This document shows positions 1 through 9,131 of a stretch of DNA of 64,000 nt, in pieces (position 1 is the first letter of the stretch; every line of letters starts with the position of its first letter). The notes beneath the pieces are model-generated. The model had not been told where the DNA came from, made no database searches, and worked only from the letters and a program-made list of their open reading frames with translations. The stretch comes from an uncultured Candidatus Saccharibacteria bacterium. Its GTDB lineage: Bacteria; Patescibacteriota; Minisyncoccia; JAHISW01; Tagabacteraceae. Location of the stretch: the NCBI GenBank assembly GCA_964601305.1, contig CAZRMW010000002.1, positions 3,439 to 67,438 of the forward strand, in the 5' to 3' direction. Both the position numbers and the translations under genes were made by a program.

Positions 1-3
1 TAT

Positions 4-38
4 AAAAACCCCTGGCGCATTTATGCCAGGGGTTTTTT
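4..38. terminator. Bidirectional intrinsic terminator-like hairpin
   Basis: AAAAACCCCTGGC-loop-GCCAGGGGTTTTTT just past the stop of the minus-strand ORF 45..482. Confidence 0.75.
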
Positions 39-44
39 GATTTA

Positions 45-482
45 TCAGTCACCTATAAATTTGTCAAATTCAAAACCAATCCTTCTTTCTATATTTTTAT
101 ACTCTCTTTGTTGTTCTCGTTGTTTTATAATTTTTTTTAATCCAAACACAGCATACAAAACCACATCCGATGAGTTTTTTTCTAAATAATTGTTAAACTC
201 TTTTAACATAAATTCCAAAACAAAAGGATCGAGCAATTTAAAACACAATGGTAGTGGATTATTTTCTTTTATACAAAACACTGTTTCTCTTTTACTTTCT
301 TCTCCTTCTTTTACATTAACTCTTATTTCATCTTTTGAAACTTTCTCTCCTGATTTTTCAGAAAATCTCCATTGAAAATAACCTTTTGCTATATCAACAT
401 CTTCTTTTGTTGTAATAACAGAATAATGAATATGTCCTTTCAAAAATCCTTTTTCTTTATCAATTTCAAACTCAAATTTCAT
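45..482 (-). CDS. Hypothetical protein (orphan)
   Basis: 145-aa ORF with AAGGAG SD, upstream TTGACT promoter box and downstream terminator; no family recognised. Confidence 0.7.
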   Translation of the reverse strand: MKFEFEIDKEKGFLKGHIHYSVITTKEDVDIAKGYFQWRFSEKSGEKVSKDEIRVNVKEGEESKRETVFCIKENNPLPLCFKLLDPFVLEFMLKEFNNYLEKNSSDVVLYAVFGLKKIIKQREQQREYKNIERRIGFEFDKFIGD

Positions 483-559
483 TTTGTACTCCTTATTTGA
501 AGGTGTTAAAGAAATATCTACCTAAAGACTAATTTAATTCTTGCTTGTAGTCAAACAAA

Positions 560-597
560 ATAGTATATACGATAGTGTACACTATGATGTATACTAT
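560..597. promoter_or_regulatory. 38-bp imperfect palindrome, probable operator
   Basis: Perfect core ATAGTGTACACTAT (572-585) with outer arms ATAGTATA/TATACTAT, between divergent genes. Confidence 0.5.
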
Positions 598-604
598 AGT
601 GTAT

Positions 605-775
605 ATGAAAGATAAAAAATATATTCACAAATTAAGAAAACTTTCTAAATATACTTATTCTTTAATAATTCCTAAAGAAATCATTAAAAAGTATAGTTGG
701 AGAGAAAAACAAAAAATAGAAATAAAAGACAAGGGTAGAGGTAAAGTAGAAATTAAAGATTGGAGAAGAAGATAA
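605..775 (+). CDS. AbrB/MazE/SpoVT-family DNA-binding protein
   Basis: Swapped-hairpin pattern RKLSKYTYSLIIPKEIIKKYSWREKQKIEI; start placed at ATG 605. Confidence 0.75.
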   Translation: MKDKKYIHKLRKLSKYTYSLIIPKEIIKKYSWREKQKIEIKDKGRGKVEIKDWRRR

Positions 776-896
776 ATACTATCTATTTACAAACTAGTTA
801 TTTTTTGCTATTATAAAGAAACAAAATCCTGATAAGGGTTTTTTATATAGGTCGGCTGATTTTTAAAATATATATTAAAATTAAACTTTTAATAAC

Positions 897-1127
897 ATGG
901 ACGAAGAAATGAACACAAACACAGAGGAGATGACAACTGACGCTCCTGCGACAGACGACGCTCCTACTACTGATACTCCTGTTGAGGAAACTTCTACAGA
1001 AGAAATATCAACAGAAAACCCTGTATCAGAAGAAACTACTGAAGAAGCTACACCTGAAGCCCTTGAGGCAACAGAAGAAGCCACTCCAGAGGCTACAGAA
1101 GAAACTTCTACTGAAGCTACAGAGTAA
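897..1127 (+). CDS. Small acidic low-complexity (E/T/A/P-rich) protein
   Basis: 76-aa ORF with EEAT/ATPE repeats, followed by a hairpin. Confidence 0.7.
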   Translation: MDEEMNTNTEEMTTDAPATDDAPTTDTPVEETSTEEISTENPVSEETTEEATPEALEATEEATPEATEETSTEATE

Positions 1128-1131
1128 TTCA

Positions 1132-1163
1132 TAAAACATTCCGCAATATTGCGGAATGTTTTA
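1132..1163. terminator. Palindromic terminator between convergent genes
   Basis: TAAAACATTCCGCAATATTGCGGAATGTTTTA. Confidence 0.7.
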
Positions 1164-1165
1164 AT

Positions 1166-2341
1166 TTAGAGAATAATTTTCACAAACTTTTTCTTACCAA
1201 TCCGGACTGTCCCGGATTTTTCTATTTTGTAGTGTATATCATCTATTTTTTCTCCATCAAAATCTATTGCACCATCCTTTATAAGTCTTCTAAAATCTGA
1301 AGAAGATTCTATAATATTATTATTTAAAACAATATCTTTTAATTCTTCTCCTTTTTTTACTTTAAATTCTTCTATATTTTCTGGTAATTCTCTTTTTTGA
1401 AAAGTATTTTCGAAATTTTCTTGCGCCTTCTTAGCTTCATTTTCTCCATGAAATATTTTTACTATTTCGTAAGCACATCTTTTTTTAGCATCCATTGGGC
1501 TTTCTTTTAAAACTTTTTCTATTTCTTCCAATTCAAGCCTAGTATTATTTATAGCAAAAATTTCTGTCATTTCGTCTGGTTGAGCCATTATGGCTCCAAA
1601 CATATCTGAAGGAGGTGTATTTATAAACACACCTTTACCATTACTTTTAGACATTAATTCTCCTGTTTTTGGGTTTTCCATAAGATTAACAGCTAAAACG
1701 AATTTGTCTTTATTTTTTAATTTCTTTAACAATGTACGCCCAACCATGGCATTAAAAATTTGGTCTGTACCACACATTTCTACATCTACATCCATAGCTA
1801 CACTATCGTACCCTTGCATAAGTGGGTACATAAATTCATTTAAATATATTGGTTTGTTTTCCTTCATTCTGTGTTCAAACATATCTCTTTCGAGCATTTG
1901 CTGAACTGTAAAATTACTTGCCAAATCAACAACTTCTTTAAAAGACAGTTTTGAAAGCCAATCATTGTTATATTTTATTTGTGGAGGATTTTCTTTTGCA
2001 TCAAAATCCATTAATGGTTTTACTTGCTTAACCCAACTTTCAACATTATTTTTTACTTCTTTTTCTGATAATTGTTTTCTTACAGCACTTCTGTCTGTGG
2101 GATCTCCAATTCTAGCAGTAAAATCACCAAAAAGAACTATAACCTCATGTCCTAGTTTTCTAAAATCTTCCAAAAGTAAGAAGTTTTTTGCATGGCTTAA
2201 ATGAAGCGCTGTAGATGTTGGATCAAATCCTATGTAAAATCGAAGTTTTTCTCCACTTTCAAGTTTTTTCTTAAATTCATCAATACTTGGAAGTACATCC
2301 ATAATAATCCCTCTACTAAATATTTTTTCTATATCACTCAT
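1166..2341 (-). CDS. tyrS: Tyrosine-tRNA ligase
   Basis: YIGFDPT..LHLSH, IGDPT, YPLMQGYD, GTDQ, LMSKS, C-terminal S4 domain. Confidence 0.97.
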   Translation of the reverse strand: MSDIEKIFSRGIIMDVLPSIDEFKKKLESGEKLRFYIGFDPTSTALHLSHAKNFLLLEDFRKLGHEVIVLFGDFTARIGDPTDRSAVRKQLSEKEVKNNVESWVKQVKPLMDFDAKENPPQIKYNNDWLSKLSFKEVVDLASNFTVQQMLERDMFEHRMKENKPIYLNEFMYPLMQGYDSVAMDVDVEMCGTDQIFNAMVGRTLLKKLKNKDKFVLAVNLMENPKTGELMSKSNGKGVFINTPPSDMFGAIMAQPDEMTEIFAINNTRLELEEIEKVLKESPMDAKKRCAYEIVKIFHGENEAKKAQENFENTFQKRELPENIEEFKVKKGEELKDIVLNNNIIESSSDFRRLIKDGAIDFDGEKIDDIHYKIEKSGTVRIGKKKFVKIIL

Positions 2342-2410
2342 TCTTAAAGAGTACCAAAAAACTTGTTTTTTATCAATTTATAGTATAAATTTCGTGTTAT
2401 AATTAAAATT

Positions 2411-4579
2411 ATGAAAAAGAAAAATAAAATAAGAAATTTATTAGTTTACCTTACAACAGCTTTTGTTGTTTGTTTCTTGATTATTGGTTTTTTGTTTTTA
2501 TTATGGATTAAGTCCTTGCCAATACCAGATTTTGAAACTTTTAACGAAAGAAAAATCATCCAATCCACAAAAATATATGATAGAACAGGTAAAAATCTTT
2601 TATACGATGTTTTTAAGGATGTAAAAAGAACTGTAATACCATACGAAGAAATCCCTCTTCATATTAAAAATGCCACTGTAATAATAGAAGATGAAAATTT
2701 TTATCAACACAATGGTATAAGTATTGAGGGTATTTTAAGAGCATTTACAACCAATTTGAAACACGGAAAAATAAAAGGACAAGGTGGCTCTACAATTACA
2801 CAACAACTTGTTAAAAATAGTTTCTTAACACCAGAAAAAACTTTTACACGAAAAATAAAAGAAGCTATTATTGCACTCAAAATCGAAAGAGTATTTTCAA
2901 AAGAGAAAATTCTTACTCTTTATCTAAACGAAATTCCTTATGGTGGAACTAATTACGGAATAGAGTCTGCCTCTCAATCTTTTTTTAACAAACAAGCTAA
3001 AAATTTAACGTTAGCTGAATCAGCTTATTTAGCAGCTATACCACAAAGACCAACCTATTATTCACCTTATGGTTCTCATATTGATGAACTTGAAGAAAGA
3101 AAAACTTTTATTTTAGAAAAAATGCTTCAACTTGGTTTTATTTCTGAAAATGAATATAATAATGCAATTTCTGAAGAAGTAGTGTTTTCTAGTATACAAG
3201 AAAAAGGAATAGAAGCACCACATTTTGTAATGTATATAAAAAGCTATTTAGAAGAAATGTATGGGGCAGATTTTGTAGAATATGGCGGATTAAAAGTTAC
3301 TACAACATTAGATTTAGAATTACAAAAAGAAGCTGAAAAACTAGCTTTAGAGTATTCAAAAACTAATGAAAAAAATTTTAATGCAAAAAATACTGGTATA
3401 GTTGGTGTAGACCCAAAAACAGGACAAATAATTATAATGGTTGGTTCTAGAAATTATTTCGACGAAGAATATGAAGGAAAATACAATATAGCACTTGCAG
3501 AAAGACAACCTGGCTCCGCTTTTAAGCCTTTTGTATATGCTACAGCGTTTAAAAAAGGGTATACTCCAGAAACTGTTGTTTTTGATTTAAAAACAGAATT
3601 TAATTCTTCTTGTAATCCAGATAGTACCCCTAAATTTGGTACCGAAGAAGATGAATGTTATAGTCCTGGAAATTATGACAATATTTTTAGAGGTCCAGTA
3701 AGCCTAAGAAATGCTTTGGCTCAATCTATAAACGTTCCTGCTGTTAAAACACTTTATCTTGCTGGATTAAACGATTCATTAAACACTGCTAAAGATATGG
3801 GTATTTCTACTCTTACAGACCCATTACGATATGGATTAACCTTAGTTCTTGGAGGTGGGGAAGTAAGCTTGCTTGATATTACAAGTGCTTATTCTGTGTT
3901 TGCTAACGACGGAATAAAAAATAAGACTGTAGGAATTTTAAAAATTACAGATAATGAAGGAAATATAATTAAAAACTTCGAACCTCAACCAACAAGAGTA
4001 CTAGATCCTAATGTTTCTAGTATGATAAACGATGTTTTGTCAGACAATGTGGCGCGCACACCAGCTTTTGGAGCAAGATCCTGGCTTTATTTCTCAGACA
4101 GAGATGTTGCGGCCAAAACTGGTACAACAAACGACTATAGAGATGCTTGGGTGGTAGGATATACCCCAAATTTTTCTCTAGGTGTGTGGGTAGGAAATAA
4201 CGACAACACCTCTATGGAAAAAAGAGTTGCCGGATTTATTACAGCTCCTTTATGGAATGCAGTATTTAATAAAGTTTTTGAATCTTTACCAAAAGAAGAT
4301 TTTAAGAAAAATGAACAAAACAATATTCACAAAAACATAAAACCAGTACTACGTGGATACTATATGGGTAGTAAAACAAATTTAGTAGACACAGATAATG
4401 GACAAATAACAGAAAATATACCTACTCAAATTCATTCTATATTATATTGGGTAGACAAAAATGATCCAAACGGAGAAATACCAACAAACCCAGAAAAAGA
4501 TTCTCAGTTTTATTTATGGGAAAAACCAGTAAGAGATTGGTTGGCAACACAAAACATTATTGAAGAATATCAAAATTAA
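2411..4579 (+). CDS. Class A penicillin-binding protein (transglycosylase/transpeptidase)
   Basis: EDENFYQHNG, GGSTITQQL, RKIKE; SAFK, SIN and KTG motifs; N-terminal TM. Confidence 0.95.
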   Translation: MKKKNKIRNLLVYLTTAFVVCFLIIGFLFLLWIKSLPIPDFETFNERKIIQSTKIYDRTGKNLLYDVFKDVKRTVIPYEEIPLHIKNATVIIEDENFYQHNGISIEGILRAFTTNLKHGKIKGQGGSTITQQLVKNSFLTPEKTFTRKIKEAIIALKIERVFSKEKILTLYLNEIPYGGTNYGIESASQSFFNKQAKNLTLAESAYLAAIPQRPTYYSPYGSHIDELEERKTFILEKMLQLGFISENEYNNAISEEVVFSSIQEKGIEAPHFVMYIKSYLEEMYGADFVEYGGLKVTTTLDLELQKEAEKLALEYSKTNEKNFNAKNTGIVGVDPKTGQIIIMVGSRNYFDEEYEGKYNIALAERQPGSAFKPFVYATAFKKGYTPETVVFDLKTEFNSSCNPDSTPKFGTEEDECYSPGNYDNIFRGPVSLRNALAQSINVPAVKTLYLAGLNDSLNTAKDMGISTLTDPLRYGLTLVLGGGEVSLLDITSAYSVFANDGIKNKTVGILKITDNEGNIIKNFEPQPTRVLDPNVSSMINDVLSDNVARTPAFGARSWLYFSDRDVAAKTGTTNDYRDAWVVGYTPNFSLGVWVGNNDNTSMEKRVAGFITAPLWNAVFNKVFESLPKEDFKKNEQNNIHKNIKPVLRGYYMGSKTNLVDTDNGQITENIPTQIHSILYWVDKNDPNGEIPTNPEKDSQFYLWEKPVRDWLATQNIIEEYQN

Positions 4580-5676
4580 ATATTCTTCATCGGCGATATT
4601 AAATACTTAAATGAAGAATCTCCTAAACCTGTAACTAAGAGTGGTTTACCTTCGCCACTAAACTTAAAAATTATTTTTTCAGTACCAATAGAAGATAAGC
4701 ATTCCACAAGATAACGATAATTAAATACCGATGTTAAGTCATCACCCTCTATATCTCCTTTTATATTGTTAATATGTTCTCCTAGCTCAGAATTGTTAGA
4801 TAAAAATTCTAAAAAATTCTCCCCTTTATATATCTTTATTCTAATTTCGTTCAATTTACCACAAAACATTGCTGAGCTTTTTAAAACATTCAACAATTCT
4901 TTTTTACTTACTGTAGCAATATTTGTAAAATCTGTAGGTATTATTTGTTTATAATCAATGTATTTACTGTCAACCAATCTTGTTATGAATTGAATATTAT
5001 CCGACTCTAAAAGTATATTGTTATCGTCAATTTTTATTTTTAAATCACCGTCTTTGTTTTCAAAAATTCTCAAAATTTCAACAACACTTCTGTAAGGAAT
5101 CAAAAGATTGGGGAAATCTGAAAAATTATAATGAATTATTTTTTCAGCCAACCGGAAAGTATCAGTTGCAACAAAAGTTAAAGGGTTTTTTTCTGAAGAG
5201 TTTAAATAAACACTATTTAACTCTGGTTTCATTTCTGAAATAGATACTCCATAATATACAGATCTTAAACCAGACATAAAATCACTTACAGATAAGCTAA
5301 AATTCTTTTTTTCTTTTATTTCAGGAAGTATAGGGAAATCTTCAACCGGATACCCTTTGATTGTAGTAGAGCTACTATTTGTTATTACAACTAAATTTTC
5401 GCCTGAAGTAGAAAGTTTAATATTATCATCTTGAAGAGAAGAAACAAGATTTGAAAAAACTTTAGATGGTACGGCAATCTTACCTTCTTCTTTGATTTCT
5501 ACTGGTATAGTTACCCTTAAACCTACTTCAAGATTAGTACTTAAGAAATGAAGTTTATTTTTTCCTGTTTTTATAAGTACAGTATTTAAAATCGGTAGGG
5601 AAGGGTTTTTGTTTGGAATTTTTTCACTAAGAGAAGATGCTTCTTGTAGATATTTTTTTATACAATTAACTTTCAT
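4576..5676 (-). CDS. dnaN: DNA polymerase III beta clamp
   Basis: LPILN, STNLE, ATDTFRLA, C-terminal LISPMK; downstream of dnaA. Confidence 0.95.
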   Translation of the reverse strand: MKVNCIKKYLQEASSLSEKIPNKNPSLPILNTVLIKTGKNKLHFLSTNLEVGLRVTIPVEIKEEGKIAVPSKVFSNLVSSLQDDNIKLSTSGENLVVITNSSSTTIKGYPVEDFPILPEIKEKKNFSLSVSDFMSGLRSVYYGVSISEMKPELNSVYLNSSEKNPLTFVATDTFRLAEKIIHYNFSDFPNLLIPYRSVVEILRIFENKDGDLKIKIDDNNILLESDNIQFITRLVDSKYIDYKQIIPTDFTNIATVSKKELLNVLKSSAMFCGKLNEIRIKIYKGENFLEFLSNNSELGEHINNIKGDIEGDDLTSVFNYRYLVECLSSIGTEKIIFKFSGEGKPLLVTGLGDSSFKYLISPMKNI

Positions 5677-5898
5677 TATTTTATATATATTATATTAGTA
5701 ATATATTAATTAAATATTTATTATTACTATTAGCTTTGTGAGTATGTGTATAATTTTTTAATATTCTTTTAAAATATAGCTCAAAAAAATATTTGTTTAT
5801 AATAAGTTGTTGATAAATACACAATACTTTTGTTGATAACTTTTATGTTTTGTTTATTCCTTGTTTTTATACACAGTTTTGTTAGTAATTTATCAACA
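5677..5898. other. Replication origin oriC (dnaA-dnaN intergenic)
   Basis: DnaA-box-like 9-mers (TTATACACA/TTATCAACA) at 5745, 5808, 5831, 5867, 5890, a weaker one at 5794, and a very AT-rich tract at 5677-5732. Confidence 0.85.
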
Positions 5899-7287
5899 TT
5901 ATTTATACAGGTAATCCCTAATTTTTTGTATATCACCTTTAATTTGATGATTGGTTTTTAAATCTCTTGATATTTTTTCATAAGCATGGATTACTGTGGT
6001 GTGGTCTCTTCCACCAAGTTTCTGACCAATATAAGGGTAAGATGCTTTAAAATCTTCTCTAAGTAAGTACATTGCTATTTGTCTTGGTAGAACATATTCT
6101 TTTCTTCTGGATTTTTCAAAAATTCTATTTTTTTCTATTTCATAAAATTCAACAATTGTTTCAATGATTTTATTGAAGGTAACTTTTTTTCTAGAGTAAA
6201 AAATATTTTTATTAATTAAATCTTTTAATTCGGTGGTTGTTAGATTTTTATCAAGAAGTTTTGTTTGCGCAGAAATAACATTTAAAGAACCTTCAAGCTC
6301 TCTAACATTATTTTTTATTATAGAAGCTATATATTCTATAATTTCTTTTGGTAATTCTATATTTTTTTCTGTTGATTTAGAATTTAAAATAGCCAATCTT
6401 GCTTCGTATTCTGGTCTTGATACATCGGCCATCATTCCTCCTTCAAATCTTGTTTTAAGCCTATCCTCAAGGTCTGGAATAGATTTTGGAGGTCTATCTG
6501 ATGAAAATATAATTTGTTTGTTGTTTTCATAGAGAGTGTTAAATATATGGAAAAACTCCTCTCTAGTTTTTGTTTTTCCAGACAAAAACTGAACATCATC
6601 CATTATTAATAAGTCATATTTTTTATATTCTTCTTTAAATTCGTATGTTTTGTATTTCTGAATAGATTGAACAAGATTACTTGTAAATTTTTCTGATGTT
6701 GTGTATTTAATTTTAAAATTTTTATTTTTTTCTCTTAATTTATTTCCAATAGCTTGAAGTAAGTGTGTTTTTCCAAGACCAGATTCTCCATACACAAATA
6801 GTGGATTATAAACAGATCCTGGATTTTTAGTTACTGCTATGGCCGCAGCATGAGCAAGTTCATTAAAAGAACCTACAATAAAATTATTAAATGTATATCT
6901 TTTATTTAAAGAACTATTATCTTCATATATATTAGAAAAACCTAATTGTGTTGTTGTATTTATATTTTTTTCTATTTTTTCATTTTCTTCTACAATTTTA
7001 AATATTTTATTTGTATTACTTTGAATATTAGAACAAATTATATATTCAACAGCTCTTATAGAAGGATCTATTTTTCTAAAAGCTCCTATTATAAATTTAT
7101 TATATTTGTTTTGTATCCATTCTTTTGCAAAACTATTAGGAACACTTAAAAAAACAATACCATTTTTTGTTTTATTTATATTAGTATTTTTAAACCAAGT
7201 TATAAAATTAGCTTTGGATATAATAGATTCTATTTCTAATAGAACTTTTTCCCAAACTTCATCTTTATTTGTCTGTTCTATAGTCAT
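5899..7287 (-). CDS. dnaA: Chromosomal replication initiator DnaA
   Basis: YNPLFVYGESGLGKTHLL, DDVQF, NVRELEG, GGRDHTTV. Confidence 0.98.
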   Translation of the reverse strand: MTIEQTNKDEVWEKVLLEIESIISKANFITWFKNTNINKTKNGIVFLSVPNSFAKEWIQNKYNKFIIGAFRKIDPSIRAVEYIICSNIQSNTNKIFKIVEENEKIEKNINTTTQLGFSNIYEDNSSLNKRYTFNNFIVGSFNELAHAAAIAVTKNPGSVYNPLFVYGESGLGKTHLLQAIGNKLREKNKNFKIKYTTSEKFTSNLVQSIQKYKTYEFKEEYKKYDLLIMDDVQFLSGKTKTREEFFHIFNTLYENNKQIIFSSDRPPKSIPDLEDRLKTRFEGGMMADVSRPEYEARLAILNSKSTEKNIELPKEIIEYIASIIKNNVRELEGSLNVISAQTKLLDKNLTTTELKDLINKNIFYSRKKVTFNKIIETIVEFYEIEKNRIFEKSRRKEYVLPRQIAMYLLREDFKASYPYIGQKLGGRDHTTVIHAYEKISRDLKTNHQIKGDIQKIRDYLYK

Positions 7288-7415
7288 TAAACTAATTATA
7301 TCAGTTTAGTATTAATAAGGTAAAATAATAAAAACTACTATAATGTTAACAAGTTGTGTATTACCTGTGAATATTGCTTTTTAATAACTTTGTTATATAA
7401 TAAGAAAATCTAATT

Positions 7416-7550
7416 ATGTCAGTCACATATAACCCAAAAAAAGGAAAAAGAAGTAAAACACATGGTTTTTTAAAAAGATCAAGTTCTCCTGGTGGTAAAA
7501 ATATTTTAAAAAATAGGAGAAGAAAAGGCCGAAAAAAACTTAGTGTTTAA
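7416..7550 (+). CDS. rpmH: 50S ribosomal protein L34 (not in ORF track)
   Basis: Hand translation MSVTYNPKKGKRSKTHGFLKRSSSPGGKNILKNRRRKGRKKLSV; divergent from dnaA. Confidence 0.95.
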   Translation: MSVTYNPKKGKRSKTHGFLKRSSSPGGKNILKNRRRKGRKKLSV

Positions 7551-7556
7551 ATTATT

Positions 7557-7901
7557 ATGCTACCTCTTAAGAGTAGATTTAAAAAAGAGGATTTTGAAAG
7601 TATAAAAAATTTTAAGAGAAAAAGTTTTTCTTCTAAAAATTTTACTTTAAAATTATACGACTCTGCTTTTTCGCCGAGTCGTTTTGCTATTGTTGTTTCA
7701 AAAAATTTTTCAAAAAGTGCTGTCAATAGAAATAGAATAAAAAGACAAATTAAAGGAATTATAAATAAAAATATAAAAGAAATTAAAAATGGTTTTGCTA
7801 TAATTATTTATATAAAAAAAGAAGTAAAAGAAAAAATTAATTTTAAAGAAACACAAAAAGAAATTATAAATTTATTTAAAAAATCTAATATTTTAAAATA
7901 A
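7557..7901 (+). CDS. rnpA: Ribonuclease P protein component
   Basis: SRFAIVVSK..SAVNRNRIKR; follows rpmH. Confidence 0.93.
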   Translation: MLPLKSRFKKEDFESIKNFKRKSFSSKNFTLKLYDSAFSPSRFAIVVSKNFSKSAVNRNRIKRQIKGIINKNIKEIKNGFAIIIYIKKEVKEKINFKETQKEIINLFKKSNILK

Positions 7902-8698
7902 TGTTTTCTATAATATACAACACAATATTTTATGAACCTCTATATAATATATTAATTTTTTTAATTAACATATTACCTTTTCATAGTTTAGGTTTAGCTA
8001 TAATTTTACTCACAATAATAGTAAGATTAATTATTTTTCCATTTAGTCATAAATCAGTAATTACTCAAAAGAAAATTAAAGTAATAGAGCCAGAAATAAA
8101 CAAAATAAAAGAGAAATATAAGAATAAAAAAGAAGAACAAACAAGACAAATAATGAGTTTATATAAAGAACATGGAATTAGTCCTTTTTCTGGTTTTTTA
8201 ATGATTTTAATACAATTACCTATTTTTATTGCTTTATTTGTAATTCTTAAAGATATTTCAAATTTAAATGAAGATATTGTTTATTCATTCTTATTAATAC
8301 CAGAAAATATAAATACATTATTTTTAGGTTTTATAGAAATTTCTAAATCTAATCTTTTTATATCTATTTTAGCTGGTGTGTCTCAATTTTTTCAAATAAA
8401 ACTTGCAATGCCTATTACTCCAAAACAATCAAAAAACCCTTCTCTTTCAACAGAATTTCAAAGAAGTATGAGTATACAAATGAAATATATAATGCCATTT
8501 TTTATTGTATTTATTTCTCAAAAATTTCCTTCAGGATTAGCTCTTTATTGGACAACTTCAAATATATTTGCTATATTTCATGAAATTGCAGTTTCAAGAA
8601 AGTCTAATAAAATAATACAAAAAAATGACCCCGTAAAAGAATCTAAAGATTCCCACGAGGTAAAAAACCAACATGGAAGAGAAAATAAATCAAATTAA
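7901..8698 (+). CDS. yidC: Membrane protein insertase YidC/Oxa1
   Basis: GLAIILLTIIVR, LYKEHGISP, LIQLPIF, PSGLALYW. Confidence 0.95.
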   Translation: MFSIIYNTIFYEPLYNILIFLINILPFHSLGLAIILLTIIVRLIIFPFSHKSVITQKKIKVIEPEINKIKEKYKNKKEEQTRQIMSLYKEHGISPFSGFLMILIQLPIFIALFVILKDISNLNEDIVYSFLLIPENINTLFLGFIEISKSNLFISILAGVSQFFQIKLAMPITPKQSKNPSLSTEFQRSMSIQMKYIMPFFIVFISQKFPSGLALYWTTSNIFAIFHEIAVSRKSNKIIQKNDPVKESKDSHEVKNQHGRENKSN

Positions 8699-9131
8699 AA
8701 AATTAATAGAAGATTTATTAGAGAAATTAACTATTAATGGGAGAGTAGAAACAGAAGAAACAGTGGATGGTCCACAATTTATTATAAGAACTCCAGAAGG
8801 GGGATTGCTTATTGGTGAAAATGGAAAAAATTTAATTTCTTTTAATCATTTAGTAAAAAAAATTATATCTAAAGAAAAAAATAAAGAAGATTCTTTTTCT
8901 TTTTCTTTAGATATAAATGGTTATCAAAATAAAAAAATAGAAGACTTAAAAGATATAGCCAGAGTAAATGCACAAAGAGTAAGATATTTTAAAAAAGAAA
9001 TAATTTTAAAGGCAATGTCTTCTTATGAAAGAAGAATTGTTCATATGGCACTTTCAGATTCTCCCGATATTAGCACAGATAGCATTGGACAAGAGCCAGA
9101 GAGAAAAATTGTTATAAAACCATATCTCTAA
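8673..9131 (+). CDS. jag: Jag/KhpB-like KH-R3H RNA-binding protein (short form)
   Basis: LIGENG KH loop, MSSYERRIVH R3H motif; after yidC. Confidence 0.88.
   Translation: MEEKINQIKKLIEDLLEKLTINGRVETEETVDGPQFIIRTPEGGLLIGENGKNLISFNHLVKKIISKEKNKEDSFSFSLDINGYQNKKIEDLKDIARVNAQRVRYFKKEIILKAMSSYERRIVHMALSDSPDISTDSIGQEPERKIVIKPYL

Noticed and set aside
881-1132. Antisense Ser/Val-rich ORF
   Set aside because: Mirror of the low-complexity plus-strand gene
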